Origin: a virus
Taxonomy: Duplodnaviria; Caudoviricetes
Length of the DNA: 64,000 bases
Reading direction: 5' to 3' (one strand)
IMG/VR virus record: IMGVR_UViG_3300011008_001623
Location: 4,412-68,411 of that record
Positions 54,353-63,305 of the stretch are shown here, in pieces. Below the pieces are notes generated by a model that was not told the DNA's origin, searched no databases, and saw only the letters and a program-made list of their open reading frames with translations. Position numbers and translations under genes: made by a program. Positions within the stretch are counted from its first letter, which is position 1; every line of letters begins with the position of its first letter.

Positions 54353-55384
54353 TTAATTATAACACTTAAATCTATTATTTTCTTCTAAATAAATACGTAC
54401 AACATTATAAGTATTTAATAAATTTTTAGCTTGATTAAATAATTCTAAAATTGTTTCATCGTCAGGAAAATTATCATTGGGTGCAATAAATCGAATTGTT
54501 TTGATTCCTTTATCTAATAAAAACTTTTCTCTAATACGTTCATTTTCATCAAATTGTTCTCTTGACATTTTTTTATAAGCAACTACGCTTAACCAATGTC
54601 CCGCACCATCGATTTCAACGTCTATTCCTTCAACTTCCAAATAAATATCCAAAACATATTTAGAAATATGTTTTTGTAATTTACCATGAAAAATGGATTC
54701 GTTTAATCTTCGTTCTGTTTTTGAAGACATTTTGTTTTCTTTCCGATTTTTCATACGGGTTTTATCTTGTTTTTTTCTAATTTCTGGAACTTGACATGTG
54801 TAATCATAACCATATTTTTCTCTATTTGTTTTAATCATTTTTTCTTTTGCTTCAGGTAATTGAGAATTAATTCTTACACCACGTTTTTCAAATAAATCAT
54901 TCTGTAATTTTTTACGAAATTCTTTATTTGAAAGAATATGGTTGCAACCATATTTTTTTAAACATGTTTCTTCTGATTTTTTTTTAACTTGTTCACTTTG
55001 CGATGCTACTTCGCAACCATATCTTTCTAAACAAGTTTGTCTTCTTTTTTGTTCAATTTCTGGACGTTGAAACGAACTTTCCACTCCATATCTTTCTAAA
55101 TTTGTTCGTTTTCCTAAACAAGGAGCACAATATGTTTTTCCATTCTCAAAAAATTTTAAGTTATTTACGCTTTTGTAGTATTCTTTTTGACATTTTTCAT
55201 TGTCGCATTTAAAATGCCAAGCAACTTTTTTATTATGAGGGGATATTTCCATTAATTCAAAAATATTTATAAAAATTTGATTTTCCGTTTCTGGTTTATT
55301 TAATTTTCTAAATTTTTCAATTACACTAGGGAGTAATTTATTTTTATCAACCCACATATTTTCTTCTAAAATCATTGTTTTCAC
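54353..55384 (-). CDS. free-standing homing-endonuclease-like protein, paralog of 43839..44858
   Basis: CDNEKC/CAPC, five LERYG-type repeats, YVLDIYL...VEIDGAGHW. Confidence 0.7.
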   Translation of the reverse strand: MKTMILEENMWVDKNKLLPSVIEKFRKLNKPETENQIFINIFELMEISPHNKKVAWHFKCDNEKCQKEYYKSVNNLKFFENGKTYCAPCLGKRTNLERYGVESSFQRPEIEQKRRQTCLERYGCEVASQSEQVKKKSEETCLKKYGCNHILSNKEFRKKLQNDLFEKRGVRINSQLPEAKEKMIKTNREKYGYDYTCQVPEIRKKQDKTRMKNRKENKMSSKTERRLNESIFHGKLQKHISKYVLDIYLEVEGIDVEIDGAGHWLSVVAYKKMSREQFDENERIREKFLLDKGIKTIRFIAPNDNFPDDETILELFNQAKNLLNTYNVVRIYLEENNRFKCYN

Positions 55385-55476
55385 TCCTTTTTATGTTATT
55401 TCCTTATTGTTTTTTTATTTTATTTATAGAAAATATATTTCTCTTTATTTGTATACAATAATTTAGAGGTGATACT

Positions 55477-55696
55477 GTGAAACGAAATCATGGTACAAAA
55501 ACTGGTTCTAAATTATTTAGAAATTCTACTATAGTGGAACCAAATTCTACTGTGAAGCAAAAAATGCAAAAAAATAATAGGAGAACGAAGACAGCAACAT
55601 TTGATTTGAGATTAGGGACCCCTTCATGGTACCAACCCTTGTTTTCGTCCGTCAACATGTTGTTGCCGAGAGATCGTAGAGAACGAAACGAATGGG
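55477..55696 (+). CDS. portal protein exon 1 (boundary 55696 or 55697)
   Basis: GTG start after GAGGTGA; LLPRDRRERNEW continues as RHFYRTEP in exon 2. Confidence 0.8.
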
Positions 55697-56128
55697 TGGT
55701 ACCGTGCCCCTTGTATTAAGTAATTAGTACAAGCTATGGTATTAAATGCTTTGAATCCCTAAAGTCACACGACCGAAACAGTAATTTGAAAAAATAAGCT
55801 GAGGATTAATCCTAGGTGCGAAAGCAGAAAAAATAGTGTGAATGACATACGGTTAAATCCTAAGTGTTATTTATCATTTTATAAAATGATATGTAATGGG
55901 TCTTTAGCAGGGAAAGTCCTAAGTCTATTTTTAGATATGGAAAACCTTCAACGACTATCTCCTTGAGGGAGAGTAAAACTGCAATGCTAGCATTAAAATG
56001 CTTATGGCAGAAGAAAAATACCACTCCTAATTTTATTAGGATGAAGATATAGTCTATACTTATATGAAAATATAAGAAACGTTAAATCGTTTATTATAGT
56101 GTTGCGAACTATAATTAATATTAATTAG
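55697..56128 (+). mobile_element. ORF-less group I intron 1 of portal (432 nt; register uncertain by 1 nt)
   Basis: TTCAACGACTA 55947-55957, GATATAGTCTA 56046-56056, GGTTAAATCCTAAGT 55851-55865, P2 CTTGTA/TACAAG. Confidence 0.85.
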
Positions 56129-56159
56129 CACGCCATTTCTATCGCACAGAACCAATAAT
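56129..56159 (+). CDS. portal protein micro-exon 2 (31 nt)
   Basis: Encodes (A)RHFYRTEPI(I) and links exons 1 and 3 in frame. Confidence 0.8.
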
Positions 56160-56550
56160 AATTTTATTTAATTAAATTTTAAAAAATTAAATAAACTTGT
56201 TACCTTGTAAGGAAACTTGCATTGAAAAACTACTTGAATTGCTGAAAACCCCTAAAGATAATTGAACTACAACGTAAGGATGAAATAAACCTAAGCGTGA
56301 AAGTAGCGAAAGCAGAAAAAATCAATTATATAAATATAAGGTTAAATCCTAAGTATTTAATTGCATAAAATATATGCATAATAAATGGGCAATCATGCAG
56401 CTAAGTCTCGAATAGAGAAAAGTTCAACGACTATCTCGTAATGAGAGTACTATATTTTTTAATATAGGAAGTGGGTAGGCCTAAACATTTTTAATAAAAT
56501 GCATGGATAAGATATAGTCTAATCTTATATGAAAATATAAGTATCAAATG
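56160..56550 (+). mobile_element. ORF-less group I intron 2 of portal (391 nt)
   Basis: 5' site after U paired by IGS GTTA; TTCAACGACTA 56423-56433; GATATAGTCTA 56511-56521; terminal G 56550; splicing gives EPIIATALDMHTEFP. Confidence 0.88.
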
Positions 56551-58024
56551 AGCCACAGCGTTAGATATGCACACTGAGTTCCCTATTTCAAATTTTTCGC
56601 ATGTTTGTTCTGATCCTTATATAAAGAAGTTTTTTGATTATTTAGCATTTGATAAATTAGATTTAATTAATTTATTGTTAGATATTGGATTGGAATATTG
56701 GAAAATTGGAGACGTATTTCCTTTTGGACAATTTAATGAAACAGAAGGAATATGGGAACAATTTACATTATTGAATCCCGATTACGTCAATATTTCTTCT
56801 TCTATATTTGCACAAGAACAAATGATAGAATTGATTCCTGATGATCAGGTTATGAATATTATTTCTGGTGGTCCAACTGGAGAATTTGCAGAATTATACC
56901 GGCAATTTCCTGAAGATATTATCCGTCAAGTTAAGATGGGCAAAAATATTATGTTAGACTCCAGATTAGTTAGTCATATAGCGCATAAGGCTTCTCCTTA
57001 TGAAATGTGGGGAACTCCCTTAATGATGAGATGTTTTAAGACTTTAATTTATAAAGATAAATTACGTCAAGCTCAGGACGCTATAGCAAATCGTCATATT
57101 ATGCCTCTTCGTGTAGCTAAGATTGGTACACCTGGAGAACCATATCCTAGTCAGGAAGAAATTGATGATTTTCGTAATGCTTTAATGGCTGGCGAAGACG
57201 ATCCTAACTTTTTCCTTGTATATCATTATGGATTAAATTTTGAATATATTGGTTCTACAGGAAGAATATTGCCATTAAACACGGAATTTGATTTTATTAA
57301 AGATGAATTAATGACTGGAATGTGTATCACTCAAGCTATGTTAAATGGTGACGGTACAGCTTATGCAAATGCTCAAGTAGGCTTTGACATGTTAGCAAAA
57401 CGCTATATGACATATAGAATGAGATTAGAATCATGGATATATAATAAAGTTTATAAGCCAATTGCTCAGGTTCAGGGTTTTTATCGTCCTTTAACCGGAG
57501 GATTAAGTACAGCTCATGTCACACCAAAACAACTTAAAAAAATGGCAGCAAACAAAGAATTAGAATTAATTGTACCAAAAATATCTTGGCAGCAACAAGA
57601 TTTAACATCTAATCAAAGTGTTATGTCATTTTTAGAAAAATTAACTGAAAGAGGCATGGTATCAAAGAGTACAATTTATCCAATGTTAGGATTAGACCCA
57701 GAAGTGGAAAAGAAAAATCTTGAAAGAGAACGTGGTACGGTATTTGATGAAAATGCTCCGAAGGAAGGTCCGCTTCCAAATGAAGGAAAGAAATTAAATC
57801 TTGACTTTGAAACAGGTGTTAATATTACTGAGAATAAACCGGAAAGTGATTTTATTGAAGAAATTCCTATGGAACGTCCTGTTTCACCAGGGAATATTAC
57901 CACTCATAATAATCCTCAGGATTTTGGTTTCCCTGGAGCAAGCATATCAAATAATAAAATGAAACGTCATGGGCATAGCTTAAATCAGACTGCAATGGTA
58001 TCGAAAGGAGAATCAAAATGCTAA
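56551..58024 (+). CDS. portal protein exon 3 (spliced product 574 aa)
   Basis: HTEFP, YWKIGDVF, KDKLRQAQDAIANRH..PLRVAKIG; located beside the prohead protease gene. Confidence 0.82.
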
Positions 58025-58932
58025 TTCCTGCATTATTAAATGATTTTCTAATATCTGTTCATCGAGATAAAATCATAAAAATCAAAGATTTAGCAAATTT
58101 TAGCATTAATTTTATAGAAGAAAATATCATTTTTATTAATGAAGAAATTTGTAAAGACTTTCATGTTGATTCAATAAAAAATAAATTTCTTACTAATTAT
58201 TTAAATGATTTAGAAAATTTTAAATTATTTATCCTGACTAATGCTAAATCACTTCAAGATGTACATGATATCTTACACGATGAACTTTATTATATATATA
58301 AAAATGTGCAATTAGATTACGTTAAATGCTATAATTTAGATGTAGAATTAATTGCTGGAAAAAATTGTTGTGATGCTTGTAAATTTCTAAATAATTGTCG
58401 TGATTACAGCTATCTATTTTCTGAAGATAGCTGTGAATCATATTTAAGATTAAAACCAGTTTTAACAAATTTTGTAAATATTATACACTGTAATAGTAAT
58501 TTATATCGAGTACCTGTAAAACATAGAAGGGAATTAGAATCATTCCTAAGCTATATATTATACAAACATATTCCTATAGAAAAGAAAAATATTTATTATT
58601 TTATTTCTCCTGAGGAATATAATCTGAAAGATGATATTATATATGTGCAAGAATCTGATAAAATATATTTAAGATTTAGACATAGAACTTTTAAAGCTGA
58701 TTTGTTAAGAGTCATTTTATCAGTGAAAGAATCAGAGAAAAGCAGAAAATTATTTTATGATTTGCTAAGCTCGAAAAATAGCAATATCAGCGATGAATTT
58801 ATTAATTTTTTAGCTAAACAAAATTCTTTCGACTTCTTAAAAGAAAGCTGCATAGCATATTACTTAATGCCAGATACTTTAAAAGAAGTCAATCTTGAAA
58901 CATATAATTTTATAGATATGTTTTTAAACTAA
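58018..58932 (+). CDS. hypothetical head-associated protein (MuF-like Cys motif, degenerate zincin-like tail)
   Basis: CCDAC motif; C-terminal KESCIAYYLMPDTLK..N.ETYNFI. Confidence 0.45.
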   Translation: MLIPALLNDFLISVHRDKIIKIKDLANFSINFIEENIIFINEEICKDFHVDSIKNKFLTNYLNDLENFKLFILTNAKSLQDVHDILHDELYYIYKNVQLDYVKCYNLDVELIAGKNCCDACKFLNNCRDYSYLFSEDSCESYLRLKPVLTNFVNIIHCNSNLYRVPVKHRRELESFLSYILYKHIPIEKKNIYYFISPEEYNLKDDIIYVQESDKIYLRFRHRTFKADLLRVILSVKESEKSRKLFYDLLSSKNSNISDEFINFLAKQNSFDFLKESCIAYYLMPDTLKEVNLETYNFIDMFLN

Positions 58933-58952
58933 ACATAAGGAGTGTATTTCAT

Positions 58953-59273
58953 ATGACTTATCAAGTATTCGATATTACAATTAATGACAGAGTAGTAGCA
59001 CATGGGTGCGTTGACAAAGCAAATAATCGATTTGGATTTATACCTAGAGAAGATGAAAAAATGGCTACAATTTTAAAGTACATTGTAGATGAGCCAGTTT
59101 TCGGATTAATGACCAGTTTTGATAATGGTGTAAGATTAGAACAAGCAGAACCGAAAGACAGTCAGTTCATTGACGCATTAACTTATCATCTTCCCAGAAA
59201 ATATCATATTTCCAATGTGCGTACTGAAACGTCAGATAAGTCAATTTCAAAACTATTGCAGTCCTATTTATAA
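58953..59273 (+). CDS. hypothetical protein
   Basis: 106 aa, AAGGAG RBS. Confidence 0.8.
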   Translation: MTYQVFDITINDRVVAHGCVDKANNRFGFIPREDEKMATILKYIVDEPVFGLMTSFDNGVRLEQAEPKDSQFIDALTYHLPRKYHISNVRTETSDKSISKLLQSYL

Positions 59274-59305
59274 GGAGGATAGTAGGCTTTTTTAGCCTGT
59301 TGAAT

Positions 59306-59620
59306 ATGAAAAGACTTAAAAAAACAGCAGCCCCTATCGGCTCGCCTTATATTCATCACGTAGTTAATGATTTAATCACTACCCATACTAATTTAAATAA
59401 AAATTTATCAGATATAGAATTCTTAATAGCAAAACAATTACTTGCAGATATGCCTATAATCCCTACTTCAGAGAGATTATATGATTTAACTGACCAATTA
59501 AAATTAGGATTATTTGATGATATTTGCACAATGGAAGATGTATATGACCATTGGCCTGAATGCTTGGACAGAGTAAGAGAATATCTGAAAAGCATTAATA
59601 TTCTCCTGGAGGTGAAGTAA
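59306..59620 (+). CDS. small protein with MKRLKKTA leader
   Basis: ATG 59306; RBS weak. Confidence 0.7.
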   Translation: MKRLKKTAAPIGSPYIHHVVNDLITTHTNLNKNLSDIEFLIAKQLLADMPIIPTSERLYDLTDQLKLGLFDDICTMEDVYDHWPECLDRVREYLKSINILLEVK

Positions 59621-59621
59621 T

Positions 59622-60506
59622 ATGATACGTTATGTCCCTGGAGAAATTAATGACCAATATCAAAAATTACTAACTCAATATCATAAATATAATGCAAAAT
59701 TATTAGAAGAATCTAAGACTTTAATCAAAACAGCAGGGAAAAAAATTGTTAAAATTTGTCCGACAGAAAGTGATTTCCAGTATTATCGAGCAAGAGCAGT
59801 ATCCGCAGGAAATGTTATAGAACATAAGGACGGAACATGTGAATTAGTACCATTTGAAACTTATAAAAACAATCTAGCTAAATATAGTAAATTATGTAGA
59901 AATGCAAATGATAATGGTGACTTTTTTTCACATGAAGAACTATTGGCTAATTACAAATCTTTTATTGGAAAAAGTATATTTGTTGACCATAATAATGAAA
60001 ATGTAGAAGATGCTCGAGGAATTATTTTAGATGCTATTTATAATCCAGACAGATATTTTGTAGAAATATTATTTGCTATAGATAAAAAAGCTTTTCCTCA
60101 GTTAAATAATGCTTTAACAAATAGAATGATAACAGACGTTTCAATGGGTTGTAGAGTTGATGGAAGTGTTTGTTCTATTTGTGGAAATAATGCGGTCACA
60201 GAAGATGACTTATGCGAGCATGTGATTAACTACAAAGGAATGACAATTCCAGTAAATGGTGAAATGTTACCAGTTATGGAATATAACGTACACCCCCAAT
60301 TTTTTGAAACTAGCTGCTGCGTACAAGGAGCAGATTCTGGTGCAAAAATCATGCAAAAAGTCGCTTCAAAATCTTCTATTTCGGAAATCAAAGAAGTTAC
60401 ATTAAAAGAAAAAACCAATATAATAAAACAAGAGAAAAATCAACGGTTTGCTTCCGGAAGAATTGCTTCTATGGAAGATAAATTAAAAGATTTACCTTGG
60501 AGTTAA
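59622..60506 (+). CDS. prohead (capsid maturation) serine protease
   Basis: NDNGDFF, FVDH (catalytic His candidate), DVSMGC (catalytic Ser candidate), CSICG/CEH, FFETS..GAD. Confidence 0.8.
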   Translation: MIRYVPGEINDQYQKLLTQYHKYNAKLLEESKTLIKTAGKKIVKICPTESDFQYYRARAVSAGNVIEHKDGTCELVPFETYKNNLAKYSKLCRNANDNGDFFSHEELLANYKSFIGKSIFVDHNNENVEDARGIILDAIYNPDRYFVEILFAIDKKAFPQLNNALTNRMITDVSMGCRVDGSVCSICGNNAVTEDDLCEHVINYKGMTIPVNGEMLPVMEYNVHPQFFETSCCVQGADSGAKIMQKVASKSSISEIKEVTLKEKTNIIKQEKNQRFASGRIASMEDKLKDLPWS

Positions 60507-60558
60507 AATAATAAGCAGCTAAATTAGCTGCTTTGTTTTTATAGAAAGGAGATATAAA

Positions 60559-62442
60559 TTGTTTATTTATAAGATAACAAATTTGCTTACACAAGAGGTT
60601 TATATTGGCCAAACTATTAATATGGAACATCGTATGAGAGGACATTATGCAAGTGATAATTTTCGTGATTATGTAACAAAATATGGACGAACAATTTTAG
60701 ACGTAAAAATTTTAAAAGAAGTTCCTGATGAACAAGCTAATAAAGTTGAGTGCATTGAAACATTAAAATGTAGATTAAATGGAGAAAAAGTCTTAAATTC
60801 TGGTTACGGAACATATTCATCAAAAGCTATTAATAAATGCTTACAACGTTATCCAGATTTAAATGCAGAACAATTATATGAAAAATTATGTGAAAAACAT
60901 CCAAAAATGAGAACAATTGATATGTCTCAGCCATATTACGTATTTAAAATTTTTAATGATGATGGTGAAATTTATTTTGGAAAAAATGCAGAAAATAAAA
61001 AAGATAAAATTAACATAAAAAAGACATTAGAATTGTTTAAGAATAAAAATGTAGAAATTAAAATCATTAAAAAATGTACATATGAAGAAGCATTTGAATT
61101 ATGTTTTACATTATGCGTAAAAGCATATCTAAATAATGAAAAACTTGTCAACATTTATTTTGGAAAAACTCGTGGAGATGTTATTAAAAACATTCATAAA
61201 TATTCTCCTCATCTTGATTATGAAGGAATTTTACGCGAATTATCATTTTCAAAAGAAGGAATATATCGTATTTGTGAATTACATAATACAAATAATGATA
61301 AATACTATATTTGTTCAACTACCGATTTATTATATAACAATATTTTAGGTAGATGGAGGTCCACTCATCCAGTAAAGCAAGATTTAGAAAAATATCATTA
61401 TAATGGATTTGAAATTAAAGAATTATGTATTTGTAAAGACCGAAAGGATGCAATAAAACAATCCGAACTTATTACGGAACAATATATAAAAAATGAATAT
61501 GATTTATACAATATCCGCAAAGGCGGAAAAATGATAAAACAAAAAACTTATATCATATCTAGATTAGAAAATACAAATACGAATGAAGTAATTTATCATT
61601 ATACAAATGATAAAAAATTTGCTAGTATTGAAAAAGAATTTACACATTATCCAGAATTTATAAATGAATACAAATTAAATGGAATGCAAAATTTAAAATT
61701 AGATATATATAAAAATCAAACTCTTAATGATTATTCAAAAATGATTATTCATAGTGTTTTACATGAAAACAATAAAAATGATATTGATGTTTTACGTTTA
61801 GAAATCATTAAACATTTATGCGATAAACCTGTGAATGAAATTGTACCGTTTATTCGAGAAGATTTAAGTGATAAACAATTAAAACAAAATGCAAAACAAA
61901 TTTGTGGCAATACTAGATATCGCTTTATTCATGTATTTATTAATGAACAAACAAAACAAGTACAAATCAGTGTAAATGCAGATAGATTGCAAAATGTTAT
62001 TCAAAGTTGTTTATTTTGTGATAAATCGCTATTAATTGCAAAAACTATTAATTACGGTGAATTTGAAAAAATGAATATTGAAGCTTGTAGAGAAGCTATT
62101 AAATTAATGTGGCAAGGTTATGAACTTCAAACTGAAAACATTGGACGCGTTAAAATGTCTTGGTTTAGAAAATTTAAAGCTAATTTAGGACATGAATCAT
62201 TAGAACGAGCATTAGAAATTTACAATATGTATTTAACTCAAGAAAAATTACTTTTTTGGTTTCAATATCATGATGACATTCATATTTCATATAGTAAAAA
62301 AACAATGTTTGGATATGTTTATAAGAATTTTTTAAATCCTGAAAAAATCCAGTTACATTTTCTTGGTTATTTAAAAGATTTTAATTTAGATGATATTATT
62401 TCTAGTTTTAATCAAAATGTTATTTGTCATATAAAACAATAG
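60559..62442 (+). CDS. GIY-YIG endonuclease with additional degenerate GIY-YIG-like modules
   Basis: FIYKITN...YIGQT..R..H at the N-terminus; similar strand-strand-helix patterns recur about four more times. Confidence 0.7.
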   Translation: MFIYKITNLLTQEVYIGQTINMEHRMRGHYASDNFRDYVTKYGRTILDVKILKEVPDEQANKVECIETLKCRLNGEKVLNSGYGTYSSKAINKCLQRYPDLNAEQLYEKLCEKHPKMRTIDMSQPYYVFKIFNDDGEIYFGKNAENKKDKINIKKTLELFKNKNVEIKIIKKCTYEEAFELCFTLCVKAYLNNEKLVNIYFGKTRGDVIKNIHKYSPHLDYEGILRELSFSKEGIYRICELHNTNNDKYYICSTTDLLYNNILGRWRSTHPVKQDLEKYHYNGFEIKELCICKDRKDAIKQSELITEQYIKNEYDLYNIRKGGKMIKQKTYIISRLENTNTNEVIYHYTNDKKFASIEKEFTHYPEFINEYKLNGMQNLKLDIYKNQTLNDYSKMIIHSVLHENNKNDIDVLRLEIIKHLCDKPVNEIVPFIREDLSDKQLKQNAKQICGNTRYRFIHVFINEQTKQVQISVNADRLQNVIQSCLFCDKSLLIAKTINYGEFEKMNIEACREAIKLMWQGYELQTENIGRVKMSWFRKFKANLGHESLERALEIYNMYLTQEKLLFWFQYHDDIHISYSKKTMFGYVYKNFLNPEKIQLHFLGYLKDFNLDDIISSFNQNVICHIKQ

Positions 62443-62483
62443 TATTTTATTTATAGAAAATTAAAAAGTGAGGTAATTAAAAT

Positions 62484-62840
62484 ATGAATACAATTAAAAA
62501 ACGTTTAATAAAGAAAGCAGAAGATGTATATGAAAATGCTAAAAAAGGCATTAAAGAATTTAAAGAATTAGCGCAGTCATTGAATTGGGATTCTTATGAA
62601 GAAGATGGCATAGTATGCGTTTATTATAAAAAGTTTGATGAAACTGAAGTTACTATTAATGGTGAAACAAACACATATCAGAATGTAAGTTTTTATGCCG
62701 GTGTTAATTATGAAGATGTTAATAACGCTAGTTATGAAGCTGGCGCAGAAATCGATGGAAAAACTTACTGGAAAGAATTTAATGACGCTAAAACCATGAT
62801 TGACGCTATGAAAAATCCATCAAAAGTAGATTTGCAATAA
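62484..62840 (+). CDS. protein with KKRLIKKA leader
   Basis: 118 aa, GAGGT RBS. Confidence 0.8.
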   Translation: MNTIKKRLIKKAEDVYENAKKGIKEFKELAQSLNWDSYEEDGIVCVYYKKFDETEVTINGETNTYQNVSFYAGVNYEDVNNASYEAGAEIDGKTYWKEFNDAKTMIDAMKNPSKVDLQ

Positions 62841-62849
62841 GGTGATTTC

Positions 62850-63305
62850 ATGAGAAAAAAGCGCCTAATCAAAAGAGCTTCACCAGTAGACCAAAGCCTA
62901 ACAGCTATTAGTAATGATGGACGAAAAATTCTTCAGATGTTAGAAAATATGAAGTTTAAAATTGAGCAGTCTGCTCGTATTCTAGGCAATGATCCAGATT
63001 CTTCTAAAAAAATCATGCAAAATAGTAGTATGATAGACCAGATTGAAAGTATGTTATATGGCATATGTTTTAATTTGGAAAATATGGATTTGATTCCTTC
63101 TTACAATGAAAATCAAGTACAATTAAATGAAGGCGGAAAACCTGATTCAGAAATGAATATAACTGAAGAGGAACCTGAGAAAGAAAACGAAGAACAGGAA
63201 GAATCCGAGGAACCAGAAGAACAAGAATCTGAAGAACCAGAAGAAAATGAAGAAGAATCTGAAGAAGAAACCGAGGAACCTAAGGAAGAAGCTGAAGAAG
63301 AATGA
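62850..63305 (+). CDS. protein with KKRLIKRA leader and Glu-rich tail
   Basis: 151 aa, AGGTGA RBS. Confidence 0.8.
   Translation: MRKKRLIKRASPVDQSLTAISNDGRKILQMLENMKFKIEQSARILGNDPDSSKKIMQNSSMIDQIESMLYGICFNLENMDLIPSYNENQVQLNEGGKPDSEMNITEEEPEKENEEQEESEEPEEQESEEPEENEEESEEETEEPKEEAEEE

Noticed and set aside
55697-55719. C-terminal VVPCPLY of the 55477 ORF, and ATG 56567 as an independent gene start
   Set aside because: The first is intron read-through. The second lacks an RBS and would delete the conserved N-terminal portal segment.
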